DNA of 64,000 nucleotides from Planctomycetota bacterium (GTDB lineage Bacteria; Planctomycetota; B15-G4): NCBI GenBank assembly GCA_965248575.1, contig CBDFJQ010000002.1, positions 4,352,001 to 4,416,000 of the forward strand, read 5' to 3'. Shown piece by piece: positions 16,295 to 29,415 of this stretch (position 1 is its first letter; each line of letters starts with the position of its first letter). The notes under the pieces were generated by a model. It saw only the letters and a program-made list of their open reading frames with translations, ran no database searches and was not told where the DNA came from. The position numbers and the translations under genes were made by a program.

Positions 16295-17668
16295 ATGACC
16301 TCACCCCAGGCTGTGACCGACAACTTGAAGAAGGCCACGGACGCCCTTGCTGCGTGGGGGGCGGCCGACGAGGACGGGAAGGAGATCCTCGACAAGCTCG
16401 ACAAGCTCCTGAGCACGACGAAGGCCCTGTCCAAGTTGTCCATGGGCTTGGGCCTGGTGGGCGCGGGTCTGGGTCTGCTGGGAGCCATCTTGGGCGGCAA
16501 GAGCGACACGGATCGCATCCTGGACGCCATCAAGGGGTTGGGGGGCAAGGTCGACGGGCTCTCGAAGCTGATGTTGGATCAGTTCGCCAACCTCGAAGCA
16601 GAGGTTCACGTCAGCGCCGCCATAACGCAGATCACGGGCGCGCGCGATACGCTGAACGTAGCGCGAAGCAATGCTCTCAGCTATCTGAACGAGCTTCAGA
16701 GGGTTCCGCAGGACACGTTCAAACTCGCGGAAGCCACCAAGGACCTGAAGGGCAACTCGATCCACGAGATCGAGGTGGCTGTTGAGTCCCTCGCGGCTGC
16801 CGCGAGTGGAAGGGGCCACACGCCGATCTTTCAGGGCACGTACATGGCCAGCAACGGTGAAGTGTTGGTGATGGCTGACCTCGGGCGCCGCCTCTTCACC
16901 ACGGCGCTGATGGGTTCAGTGACAGCAGCTCTGCTGCGATCGCTGGACGAGGATCTTGACGCCATGTCGGACGAGGACAGACTTGCCTCGCTGGACGCCA
17001 AGGCCTTCATCAACGCCGAGTACTTCGATCCCAAGCTTCAGGAGATCCATAGGGAATGGGACACGTACTACCAGCTTGCCCGGCAGAACTGGCGCACCAA
17101 CATCGAGATCTGGCTCCAATTCAAGGTGTTTCCATACATGCCGGCCGCCATACACGACGCTGCAGCAGTCACTCTGGTGGACGGTCTCCAGAAGAGGGCG
17201 CCCTGGAAGGACTGGGCCGCCATTGTCTATGACCCCGTTGGCCGCTACGAGCAGCACGTGTCTTCGATCAAGCTGTACAAGCGCCAGTCCGTCTTGTTTG
17301 GCTCCCTCAACGTGGCCATTGGAGAGGCAGAATTGGACGATCCAGCGGTGGGGGGAGGCTTGAGCACTCACGTCACCATGTCGGGGCCAGACTTGCCGAC
17401 CTACTCGACGCCTGGGCCGCAGGGCAAGGACCACTGGAGCCATTCCTCGTACAAGGGTCCAGCCGAGAGCGCCATCTACAGCGCGAACGAAAACCACGAA
17501 GTGACGGAAGAGGTCAAGGACACCCGGGACGTCTATAACGCGTTGGACCGCAAGGGAGCACAGGCCTGGGTTGGCCGAGTAGGCAGCCATGCCGTGGCCC
17601 GCACCACGAACCCGGCGCGCTTCAAGATGGTGACGGGCACGACCTTTTCGATCGCCTTCTGGGGGTAG
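16295..17668 (+). CDS. Hypothetical 457-aa protein, rapunzel/cephalotoxin-like or Cry domain-I-like candidate toxin
   Basis: N-terminal hydrophobic hairpin LSMGLGLVGAGLGLLGAILGG followed by an amphipathic coiled region; C-terminal LQKRAPWKDWAAIVYDPVGRYEQH. Confidence 0.6.
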   Translation: MTSPQAVTDNLKKATDALAAWGAADEDGKEILDKLDKLLSTTKALSKLSMGLGLVGAGLGLLGAILGGKSDTDRILDAIKGLGGKVDGLSKLMLDQFANLEAEVHVSAAITQITGARDTLNVARSNALSYLNELQRVPQDTFKLAEATKDLKGNSIHEIEVAVESLAAAASGRGHTPIFQGTYMASNGEVLVMADLGRRLFTTALMGSVTAALLRSLDEDLDAMSDEDRLASLDAKAFINAEYFDPKLQEIHREWDTYYQLARQNWRTNIEIWLQFKVFPYMPAAIHDAAAVTLVDGLQKRAPWKDWAAIVYDPVGRYEQHVSSIKLYKRQSVLFGSLNVAIGEAELDDPAVGGGLSTHVTMSGPDLPTYSTPGPQGKDHWSHSSYKGPAESAIYSANENHEVTEEVKDTRDVYNALDRKGAQAWVGRVGSHAVARTTNPARFKMVTGTTFSIAFWG

Positions 17669-17768
17669 GGGGCGGTCGGGCGACGAAGCCGCTTGCGGGT
17701 CCTCGTGGCCCGGCGTTCATGCGCTCACACGGGAGTCTGATCCGCGGCCCGGGCCGTAACTGCGGTCC

Positions 17769-19060
17769 TTAGAACGCGCTGTCCAGCACGACCGCAGTAG
17801 AGGGTGCGCCGAGGGACAGCTCGCCGCCCGGCAAGGTTCCGATCAGGCGCACTTGAAACGGGGCTGCGAGCAGCAGTTGTCCCTGGGCGCCTGCTTGGAA
17901 CGACGTGTCGGTGCCGACGCTGGCCAGGACGGCGGCGAGCTCGCCCGCCTCACCCACGAGGTCTACGGTGAAGCTGTCGAGTTCGCGCAGGGGCGAGTTG
18001 GCCTGCATGGCGTGGGCGCTGCCGCCCAGGTTGGTGACGTTGGCCGTGGCAGATCGAAGTCCGCTCCCAGGGCGCCGCCGATGCCCGTGCCTTGGCAGAA
18101 GAGGGCGTCGGGGTTGGGGACGCCGCCCACTCCGCCCAGGGCGCTGATGTCCTGGTTGCGGAACTGCGTGCCGAAGCCGAGGGCGGACACGCCGGGGCCG
18201 CCATCGCCGCTGGGTCCGCTGGGGATCCCGCCGTCGCAGGTGCCACCCACGCCGCCGCGGCCGCCCACGAACTGCGTGCCCGAAGTGTGCAGGAAGCTGC
18301 CGTTCTCGGCCAACAGGCCCGGGCCGCCCACGAAGCCCGGACCGCCGATGAGGATGGCGTTGGCAGCGACGCCGCCGGTTACCACGCCACCCCAGATGCT
18401 GACGGTGCTGTCGTCGACGGCTAGGCCGGGCACGCCGTCGGCGGGGCTCACGACATCCAGTTGCTCCGTGCCGCCGGTGAGGATGCAGTCGACGAAGGCG
18501 ACGTCGTCACTGTGCTCGACGCGGCCGCCCTCGGTGGTCTGAATGCCGAAGAAGATCGTGCTGCCACCCATGAAGCTCGAGGACTCGATGCGCACTGAGC
18601 CTTCGTTGTCCCGCAGCCAGACGGCGGGGCGGACGGTGTCGGCATCGCCCTCGGCGGTCACCCCCGCGATGGTGACGGTGCGCGAGGCCGAGAGCCCGTC
18701 GATGAGCAGGCCGCCGTCGATGAGCACCGTGGCGCCCAGCTCGGCCACCAGGCTGAGTGAGAGGTTGCCGCCGAGGATCACCGGGCCATAGGTGCCGTCG
18801 GCCACGAGGATGGTGTCGCCGTCCTGGGCGGATTCCACGGCGAGCTGGATGCTCGGGAAGGCGCCGGAGGGGCCGACAGTGAGGATGTCGGCGGAGGCTG
18901 GGGTGGTGAGGCAGAGGAGGGTGGTTAGGGCGCTGAGGGCTGCAGCGGCCCGGGACGGGCGAAGGCTGTTGGAACGGCGGATCCATGAACGGATCCGTGA
19001 GTGGATCGAGGATCGGGCACAGGGTCGGGTCCAGGCACAGGTCTGAATCAAGGCACGCAT
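17769..19060 (-). pseudogene. Secreted pectin-lyase-fold (beta-helix) protein with a 1-nt frameshift near 18049
   Basis: Signal peptide, ADILTVGPSGAFPSIQLAVESAQDGDTILVADGTY; adding one base at GATCTGCC^ACG joins ORF 17963-19258 to ORF 17769-18008 (DLPTANVTNLGGSAHAMQANSPL...LDSAF*); RBS GAGGGAG before ATG 19060. Confidence 0.75.
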
Positions 19061-19304
19061 CGGAACTCTCCCTCGGAGTGGAGTCGGGTTCGACTGGGGT
19101 CTCAGAGCGCGCATCCCGGCATCCCTGCGGCTCAGTGGTGGCAGTGTCCGTCTGCCGGGCTGCTGTAGTGGGGGCTGGGGGCGGAGCGACGGGGCTCGAG
19201 ATGGCTCCGATCCGGGCTTGCTCCGGCCGGGTGCCGCTCCTATGATCCCGCGTTCCAATCACCGCTGTGGTGGCTCCCCTCGGGGCGCACCTGCGACGGC
19301 GAGC

Positions 19305-19381
19305 GGGGGTGTAGCTCAGCTGGTTAGAGCGCTAGCCTGTCACGCTAGAGGTCGAGGGTTCGAGTCCCTTCACCCTCGCCA
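19305..19381 (+). tRNA. tRNA-Asp (GTC)
   Basis: Acceptor stem GGGGGTG/CACCCTC plus G-CCA, D arm TAGCTCAGCTGGTTAGAGC, anticodon arm CTAGC-CTGTCAC-GCTAG, T arm GAGGGTTCGAGTCCCTT. Confidence 0.97.
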
Positions 19382-19807
19382 TTTGGTTGGAGTGGCGCGA
19401 TCCCTGGCCAGTTTCATGGCCCCGTCGTAGGTCACGTCGTCCTGATCCCGCCGACTGGCTGGCAGGATGGCCATCGCCTGCGGCGCAGCTCGTGTCCGGT
19501 CGGAGCCCGTGTGTCTCCTGCACGCAGAACGGCGATTCGACACGCTTCGACGCCACGCGACACAACCGCTCTCAGCAGCTTTGGAAGCGCTCGGCCGCTG
19601 GTTCGGCCACTAGAAAGTTCAAAGCCCCCTCGAGAGCCAGCGGCGGCGATGGGGGGCGATTGGCTTGAAGTACCCATCCTCACGCGATCTTAGGATGGGA
19701 CACTACGGGCGGGCCATCCAGCCTGCGACGGATACCAGGAGGAGCTGGAGGGGTTGGACCGCGGCGTTCATGTGGCCATTGTTGGCCGTCACAACACATG
19801 TTCCGTG

Positions 19808-19838
19808 ATGCCCTTGCGACGCGGCTGAGTTTGTGGAC
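19808..19838. repeat. 31-bp imperfect direct repeat (second copy 44621-44651)
   Basis: 20-bp exact core ACGCGGCTGAGTTTGTGGAC at 19819-19838 and 44632-44651; 3 mismatches over 31 bp; both copies intergenic. Confidence 0.75.
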
Positions 19839-20081
19839 ACCACGCTGTTGATCGACCTGCCGCTGCTCGAGAGGGCGATCCGAGAAGCTCGAGACGTCTG
19901 ATCGCGCGGGCTTGTGCGGTCGGGACCACGGACGAAAGAAGCTAGCGCTCTTCAAGAGCCTCAAGCGAAAGGCGCAGACGATCGTCACCTCGTAAACGGG
20001 GCCGGCCCGGGAGTGCTGTTCCCGGGCCGGCCCGTTAGGGACCCCATCGAAGGGACCCGTGATCAAAAGGGGGATGCTCGA

Positions 20082-22181
20082 TCAGGGAGTCGTGGCTCGG
20101 ACCCCGTTGGACAGGGTCAGGCCGTCGGGCACCGTCGTGTCCTGGACGATGAACTGGAAGGTGATGCTCGTTCCCGACGGAATGCCGGAGGGCCAGGTCG
20201 TGCTGGAGTTGACCTGACCCGAACCGTTCGCGGATGCGAAGATCTGGCTGGTGAACGGGTGGGCGTGCACGGTGCCCCCGAGGGCGGAGAGCGGCACGGG
20301 CGCCAGGGAGATCCAGGCCAGCACCGGCCCGCCTGGTGTGGCGTTGCTGAGGTCCATCGACACCGTGCCGCCGGTGACGAGCGGCCCGCTGCCCTCGAGC
20401 GTCGGAATCCAGAAGGCGCCGGGCGAGCCACCGCCGAGGTCCTCCCAGCTGCCCACGTCGCCGGTCACCGAGACGTCGAGAGTCACGTAGGTCCCGAAGA
20501 GCGGCTCGTCCAGGTTGCTCATGCGGATGAGGACCGTCTGCCCGGCCTCGACGGCACAGCCTGTCGTGACGGACTGGCCGGCGCCCGAGGCGACGGCGCA
20601 GGTCCCTTCGATCGGACTGCCACAACTCGTGAGCGCCTCGAGAGCCAGGTGGTCACTGGTGAGGCTCCCCGTGGCGGTGATCACGAGGCTGACCGGATCG
20701 GGCTCGTCGTTCACGTAGGCGAACCAGACATCGTCGACAGCCGCCGTGCAGGACGGCGCGCTGGCGTCCGGGGTGGACCCGAGGGTGGCCACGAGCGTGC
20801 TGCCCTCCTCGATGGTCGTGGGGTTGGCGCACGTGTCGTTGGGCACGGACTGGGCGACGCTCGTCACGTCCAGCTCATACGCCCCGTTCTGGAAGGTGGG
20901 GCCGAAGGCCACGCTCAGGCGGATGATGCACGACTCTCCCGGCTGCAGGATCCACGACGGCGAGCTGCAGTCACCGAAGGTCGGGCAGGCGATCGTGGTG
21001 GAGCCGCATGCCGACAGGACTGCGATGGACACGCTCGAAGGAACCGGAGATCCGCAGGTGGAGGCCCTGACCTGGAGCGGCCACAGCTTGTCGTTCGTGT
21101 ACGAGTAGTAGACCGGTGTCCCGTACGTAGGCGTGCCGCAGCCAACATAGGGCGCCCCGACGGGGGGCTGAGCGGTGGTGTCCCCGGAGTAGGTGCCGTC
21201 GCCGATGGGCGGGGCCTGGCTGCAGTCGTACGAGCCGACCGCGTCCTGGCACACGTAGGTCGCCCAGCCGTCGCTCGGCCCGTTCACAACCTTGATCTCC
21301 TGGGACAGCGCGAAGGTGGTGTTCACGTAGCTGCCGCCCCCGCCTCCTCGACGAGCGAAACTGCCGCCCCCGCCACCTGAGTAACCGCCACCACCGCCGC
21401 CTCCGAGGTCCCCCCAGCCACCGCCGCCGTAGCCCCAGCCGCCGTCGCCGGTGCCGCTGCCGCCAGATCCGCCCACGGGGTAGCCCTTCTGGGCGTCTGA
21501 GTCGCTGTGTTGGAACCCCGAAGCCCCGCCACCCGAAATCGCCGCGCTTGGCTCGCCGGCGCCACCGTTCTTCCCTCCATCCCCGCCGGATTCGCCGCCG
21601 CCGTCCTGTCCGGAGGTTCCTGTCCGCGCATCGCCCCCGGTGTAGGAGTCAACGCAGACGCCGAGGACGTTGCCTTGATAGGCGCCGCCTCCGCCACCCA
21701 CGGCTGCGATCACCTGCCAGACGGGCACCGGAGCGGGCTGGCTGTAGAGCACCGCGCTGCCTCCACCGCCACCGCCCGGGGCGGAGTTCGACCCCCCAAG
21801 GGACGTGTTCTCGCCCTTCTCACCGAGGATGAACCGCAGCGTCCCGCCCGGATTGATCTGGTTGATCTGGTTGCCCACCTCGACGGTGAACGTCGCCGTG
21901 GCGCCGCGGCCGCCCTCGGACTCGCAGTCACCGGTCTTGCCGTTGCCGCCGTCGGCCCCCACGATCGAGATCGTGAGGTACTTGGGCGCGTTCATGGGGA
22001 CCGTGAAGTCGTCCGGGCTGTTGGCATCGTGGAAGAACGTCTGCACCGAGCCGTCCGTGACGAGCTGCTGTGCCGTAGCCCCCGTGCCCAGGCCGAACAG
22101 GGTCAACCCGCTCAGGGCCAGGGAGAAGAAGGATGCGCCGCGACGGCGCTGCTTGGGGGGGAGTGACTGGATGGTGTTCAT
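20082..22181 (-). CDS. Secreted glycine-rich protein (Gly_rich/ALK-LTK-type region) with Cys-containing repeats and the conserved C-terminal domain
   Basis: Signal peptide ending GATAQ, GADGG...GGRGA...LRFILGEKG...GGGGGSAV...AAVGGGGGA...GGGGGYSGGGG...GGGSY, NDTCANP repeat, ends GLTLSNGVRATTP. Confidence 0.85.
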   Translation of the reverse strand: MNTIQSLPPKQRRRGASFFSLALSGLTLFGLGTGATAQQLVTDGSVQTFFHDANSPDDFTVPMNAPKYLTISIVGADGGNGKTGDCESEGGRGATATFTVEVGNQINQINPGGTLRFILGEKGENTSLGGSNSAPGGGGGGSAVLYSQPAPVPVWQVIAAVGGGGGAYQGNVLGVCVDSYTGGDARTGTSGQDGGGESGGDGGKNGGAGEPSAAISGGGASGFQHSDSDAQKGYPVGGSGGSGTGDGGWGYGGGGWGDLGGGGGGGYSGGGGGSFARRGGGGGSYVNTTFALSQEIKVVNGPSDGWATYVCQDAVGSYDCSQAPPIGDGTYSGDTTAQPPVGAPYVGCGTPTYGTPVYYSYTNDKLWPLQVRASTCGSPVPSSVSIAVLSACGSTTIACPTFGDCSSPSWILQPGESCIIRLSVAFGPTFQNGAYELDVTSVAQSVPNDTCANPTTIEEGSTLVATLGSTPDASAPSCTAAVDDVWFAYVNDEPDPVSLVITATGSLTSDHLALEALTSCGSPIEGTCAVASGAGQSVTTGCAVEAGQTVLIRMSNLDEPLFGTYVTLDVSVTGDVGSWEDLGGGSPGAFWIPTLEGSGPLVTGGTVSMDLSNATPGGPVLAWISLAPVPLSALGGTVHAHPFTSQIFASANGSGQVNSSTTWPSGIPSGTSITFQFIVQDTTVPDGLTLSNGVRATTP

Positions 22182-22358
22182 GGTTCTGGATTCCGTTCAG
22201 AGTTCTGTGGTCTGAAGGGCACTCGAGGCCCTTTCACGCCACCTGGAAGAACGGGAACTCACCCACACCCAGGCATGGAAACTTCCATGTCGGCTTCTGT
22301 CACGGAATTCTCTGCCGCCCTGACGGCCCCCTTCCGTTCTAGGCAGGCCCCTCCCCGA

Positions 22359-25130
<2,772 letters not shown>

Positions 25131-25366
25131 TGGCTCCAGGACTCCGTTGAGGGGAAGCTCCGGTCACAGAGCGTATCCGCCTCGTCCCACACCGGCCATG
25201 ACCGCCGGGCGATCTAAGTTGCCACCTGGGCGCCGCCTTTGCGTTCTTGGAGGCATGGACGCATGCACCGTCACCGTCGTTTCCTTCAGTCGGACACCTC
25301 GGCCCATTCCCGGTCTTGGGTTAGCCTGTAGAGTTCGATCCTCCGCGCCCCGTCCGCGAACTCCGC

Positions 25367-25939
25367 ATGTCGAACCCGCCCTCCGAGGACGTGACCCTCT
25401 GCATCCAGCGCATGCAGGCCGGTGACGACATGGCCCGCAACGAGCTGTTCGAGCACATCTACCAGGACCTCAAGGGGCTCGCGCAGCGTCTGTTCCGAAC
25501 CCAGAAGGAAGGCCAGACCCTGCAGCCGACGGCCCTGGTGCACGAGGCGTACCTGCGACTCGTCGGGACCCAGCAGCAGACCTACAACGATCGGCGCCAT
25601 TTCTTCTCGGTGGCTGCACTGGCCATGCGTCAGCTCATCACGGACCACGCCCGGGCCCGGGGGGCGGCCAAGCGGGGCGGCGACATGAACCGCGTGGCCT
25701 TCGAAAGCGGGGCGATGGAGGCCTCGGTGGTCAACGGCATCGACCTGCTGGCTCTCGACGAGGCCCTCACCGAGCTCGCGCAGCTGAACGAGCGCCAGTG
25801 CCGCATCGTCGAGCTGCGCTTCCTGGCCGGGCTGACCATTGAGGAGACGGCCGAGGTCGTGGGCCTCGCGCCGCGCACGGTGCGTCTGGACTGGACGGTC
25901 GCAAAGCGATTCTTGGCGTCGCGGCTCGGGGCGGATTGA
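25367..25939 (+). CDS. ECF sigma factor, TIGR02999 (Planctomycete STK-associated) type
   Basis: TLQPTALVHEAYLRL, DRRHFFSVAALAMRQLITDHAR..AAKRGG, DLLALDEAL, IVELRFLAGLT. Confidence 0.93.
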   Translation: MSNPPSEDVTLCIQRMQAGDDMARNELFEHIYQDLKGLAQRLFRTQKEGQTLQPTALVHEAYLRLVGTQQQTYNDRRHFFSVAALAMRQLITDHARARGAAKRGGDMNRVAFESGAMEASVVNGIDLLALDEALTELAQLNERQCRIVELRFLAGLTIEETAEVVGLAPRTVRLDWTVAKRFLASRLGAD

Positions 25940-26072
25940 CCTCAGGTGCCGAGCCGTGGGGCGACCCTTACGACCCAGGCCTCCTCGGGCACCCGGTCGC
26001 CAGGCAGGGCGATCGGGATAGCCCTTGTCGAACGCTGTATCACCCTCGCCGCCAGGCGATCAGGATGACCAG

Positions 26073-26996
26073 CTACCCGTCCTCGCGAGTGAACTCGAAG
26101 CGCGTCCCGCGCCCGCCGTTGATGTACCCGATCGTGGCGCTCAGGGCCCCCTCGTCCGAGAGTTCGTACACGATCTGCTGAGGGCTGTCGTGGCGGGGGT
26201 TCTGGAAGACGGCGCGCTGGCCCGCGAGCTCGGTGAGCACGAACTCGGTCGCTGAGTAGCCGCCCGGCTGAGCGACGTAGACGAGCCCGCCGTCGCGCTC
26301 GACGACGCGCAGGTACTCGAAGGAGCGCATCTTGCCGCTCTTGACCGTGCGCGACACGCCGAGCATCGCGCCGCCCGACGGCGGGCTCCATCGTTCCTCG
26401 ATCGACGACGTGCCGCGCGTCCCGGTCCACGCGCCGGCCAGCCAGGCCATGTCGACCATCGCGGCCTGGGCCGGCTTCGGCAGGGGGATGTCCTCGGGGT
26501 GGCGGTAGAGGGCGTGCGAGTCCATCCCATAGTCTTCGAGGAGGACGCGCACGTGCAGTCCTTCGGGCGTGACCCGGAACTCCCTGCGGAGCAGTCCGGT
26601 GACCTTGTGATCCGACTCGTGCAGGTAGTCCTGCTCGTACACGAGCAGTCCGTCCTTCCAGCTCCCTCGGTAGCGCTTGGTCCTCCCGCCGGTCGCGGCG
26701 GTTTCGATGTTCGAGCCGTCGATCGGGAAGGGCTCTTCGCTGCTGGCGCGCTCCAGGACGACCCTGCCCTCCTCGATGCGCAGCCCGAACGTCACCATCA
26801 TGGGGGGGCCTTGCTCCTCCCTGGGGCGGCCCTCGGTGCGGTCCTCGACGTAGAGCCACGTGCCGCTGAACGCTTGCAAGTCGTCGCCTTGCATCTCTTG
26901 CATCGACGGTGCGTTCGGGGCCGACGCAGCCGTGGCGGACGCGAAGAGCGGGAGGCAAGCCGCGAGGGCTAGGAGGACGAGAGTCGAGAGTTTCAT
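26073..26996 (-). CDS. Secreted protein with C-terminal DUF6265-like domain
   Basis: Signal peptide MKLSTLVLLALAAC; MAWLAGAWTG...EERWSPPSGGAMLG...FEYLRV...LVYVAQP...F.NP.HD.PQ.I.Y. Confidence 0.8.
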   Translation of the reverse strand: MKLSTLVLLALAACLPLFASATAASAPNAPSMQEMQGDDLQAFSGTWLYVEDRTEGRPREEQGPPMMVTFGLRIEEGRVVLERASSEEPFPIDGSNIETAATGGRTKRYRGSWKDGLLVYEQDYLHESDHKVTGLLRREFRVTPEGLHVRVLLEDYGMDSHALYRHPEDIPLPKPAQAAMVDMAWLAGAWTGTRGTSSIEERWSPPSGGAMLGVSRTVKSGKMRSFEYLRVVERDGGLVYVAQPGGYSATEFVLTELAGQRAVFQNPRHDSPQQIVYELSDEGALSATIGYINGGRGTRFEFTREDG

Positions 26997-27804
26997 GTCT
27001 ACATTCTGGCCAATCGCCACGGGCCACTCTTGAACAAAAACGACAACCGGGGTCTCGGGCTACGGCCCGGCACAGTCGGCGGGGGCGGAGAGGACCCGAC
27101 CGTGGAACCGACCGGGGATCCCGAGCAGCCGATCCGAGGTTCGAGCGGGTCAGCGGGAGCTCAGATCGGGACATGAGGGGCTTTGAGTGGAAAGGGGGGG
27201 GGGAGCGAACAATGAACACATCTCACTGATGAATGAGGTGCACGCGTTGCCTCGCGCCAGACACCCAACGATGAAAGCGAGGCTGCAGGCGGGGTTCCGT
27301 CCGTCATTGCGAGAGCCACTCGATTGCGGCCGAGCTGTCCGATGATTTCCCGCGTCTCGACCCGGACAGGCACTCCAGCCAACGTTGCACCGGAGCCGTC
27401 ACGAACAATAACGCTCAGTGGACGAGCCCAGGACTCCACCAACGCCGGCAACACGAGAACGTACCCCCCGCATGGAGGGGAGAAGATCCGAGCTCAAGGG
27501 TGGGTGCAACAGAGGACGGAAAGGCCACGCTCGCGGCCCACTGAAGAGGGCCACCCTCCGAGACTGTCGCCGGAATCGCGAAGCGAGCTTCCTGATCCAG
27601 TTCGCCTGTGATTGCGCTGCGAAGAAGTACGGTTTCAGAGTCCAATCGCCCTTGCAGCACATTTTTCTCGCAGGGGGGGACATCACCACGAACGGAGACG
27701 CGTTTGCTTCCCGCAAGTGCGCATCGAGGTCGGTCCGAATCGCGCCTGGGTAGGAGCGAGAGACCGTGGAGCCCTGGCTTGGAGATGGTCTATCATCGGG
27801 CACC

Positions 27805-29415
27805 ATGGAATCACTCACCTGCCGCCTGCTCTTGTTCCTGGTCTCGACCATGCTGGTGGGGACCTCCTATTCGCAGCAGGGCGTCGAACGATCCGAACAG
27901 GCTCCGGTCGAGGTCACAGGGCGCGACCGTCTTGAGTTCCTGACCGAGCTCCTTCAGAGCGCTCGCGAGAAGCCGGTGGACGGCATCCAGGCCCATGGGA
28001 TCGAGGCGCTGCACTTGCTCGAGGCGTACCCGGATCCCCTGGTCGAGCTTGGTGTCCGGCTCGACTTGAGCTGGTGCGCGTCACGGACCGGGGACATGGA
28101 GACAGGCCTCGAGCAGGCGCGCTTGGCGCATGGACTCGCTTCGGAATTGAAGGACGCGGGCGAAGTCGCTCGAGCGAACTACCACATCGCGGCTGCCCAC
28201 TGGTACGGAGGGCGTCCGGATGACGCCATCGAGGCGGCGCTGCTGGCGCTCGAGGCCCAGCGGGACCTTGACGACCGAAAAGCGCTCGAAACCACGTTGA
28301 CGCTGCTCGGAGCGGTGTCTCGCTCTCGAAGCGACTACGACGAAGCGGTCGAGTATCACTTCGAGGCGCTGGAGGTCGCGCTGGAGGACGACGACGCCGT
28401 TGGCGTCGCTCGTTCCCGCAACAACATTGGCCTCGTTTTCTGGAATCTGGGTGAGCACGCCCGCGCGCGCGAGTTCTTCGAGCAGGCCGTGGATTCGTAT
28501 CGCACGCTCGGGACGGAACCCGGGCTTGCGTCGGCGCTGAGCAACCTCGGTCTGGTTCTCATCGAAATGGGCAGGGCCGAGGAGGCTCTCCCGCTGCTGG
28601 AGGAGGCACAGCTGTTCCAGGAGCGCCTCAGAAACGATCGGGGCCGGGCAAAGGCCTTGAGCAACATCGGCTTTGCGCAGGAACAGATTGGTCTCTTCGA
28701 TGAAGCCTTGGAGACCATGCTCGCGGTGTTGATCCTGCACGAGTCACTGGGTGACGCATGGGGCTTGTCGCGCACGCTCGGGAGCATCGCAGATCTCCAT
28801 CAGACGCAGGGACGACTCGAGGAGTCTGTGGAGTACTACGAGCGAGCGGCGACGGCCGCCGAGCGCGCCGATGCGCGCGAGGAACTCAGCCACATTCTGC
28901 AAGGCTTGGCCGAGGTCCAGGAGGGCCTGGGCAGGCATCCGGAAGCCTTGGTCGCGCTTCGCCGTCACGTCGAGATCGTTCAGGACTTGGATCGCGCAGA
29001 GACCGTTCGACGCATCTCGGAGTTCGAGTCCGAGGCGCTCTTGGAGGCCCAAGCGCTTCGTGTGAACCAGGATCGATTCGTTCGCAATGCAGCCATCGCG
29101 GGAGCAGCTGTTCTCCTGGTCCTGGGCGCCTTCGGTTGGAATCTCTTCATGCTGAAGCGTCGTGCCCACGGGAAACTCGAAGTGCTTCACGACCGCTTGT
29201 CAGCCCACGCGACCGAGCTCGAAGAGGCACGTGGCAAGATTCGGAGTCTCGAAGATCTGTTGCCGATCTGCAGCTACTGCAAGAGCATTCGCGATGAGGC
29301 TGGCGACTGGCAGCAATTGGAGGCCTACCTCCACTACCGTGCAGGCGCACAGCTGACTCACGGGATCTGCCCCGAGTGCCTCGAGCGCGTCTTTGCGACG
29401 GAGATCCGGAACTGA
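27805..29415 (+). CDS. Extracytoplasmic TPR sensor-like protein with TM helix and C-terminal CxxC/HxxCxxC domain
   Basis: Signal peptide, TPRs (NNIGLVF, SNLGLV, SNIGFAQ), TM AAIAGAAVLLVLGAFGW, LLPICSYCKSIRDEAGDWQQLEAYL...THGICPEC. Confidence 0.85.
   Translation: MESLTCRLLLFLVSTMLVGTSYSQQGVERSEQAPVEVTGRDRLEFLTELLQSAREKPVDGIQAHGIEALHLLEAYPDPLVELGVRLDLSWCASRTGDMETGLEQARLAHGLASELKDAGEVARANYHIAAAHWYGGRPDDAIEAALLALEAQRDLDDRKALETTLTLLGAVSRSRSDYDEAVEYHFEALEVALEDDDAVGVARSRNNIGLVFWNLGEHARAREFFEQAVDSYRTLGTEPGLASALSNLGLVLIEMGRAEEALPLLEEAQLFQERLRNDRGRAKALSNIGFAQEQIGLFDEALETMLAVLILHESLGDAWGLSRTLGSIADLHQTQGRLEESVEYYERAATAAERADAREELSHILQGLAEVQEGLGRHPEALVALRRHVEIVQDLDRAETVRRISEFESEALLEAQALRVNQDRFVRNAAIAGAAVLLVLGAFGWNLFMLKRRAHGKLEVLHDRLSAHATELEEARGKIRSLEDLLPICSYCKSIRDEAGDWQQLEAYLHYRAGAQLTHGICPECLERVFATEIRN

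Noticed and set aside
19382..20080. Integrase or attR copy of the tRNA-Asp 3' end
   Set aside because: No tyrosine or serine recombinase ORF and no second copy of the tRNA 3' end seen in the window
21330..21800. GGC/CCG-rich runs as VNTR or PE-PGRS
   Set aside because: They encode the poly-Gly segments of the Gly-rich domain; no PE domain
27240..27760. Short ORFs in the intergenic gap
   Set aside because: No coherent family signal; at most a carboxypeptidase-like domain scrap
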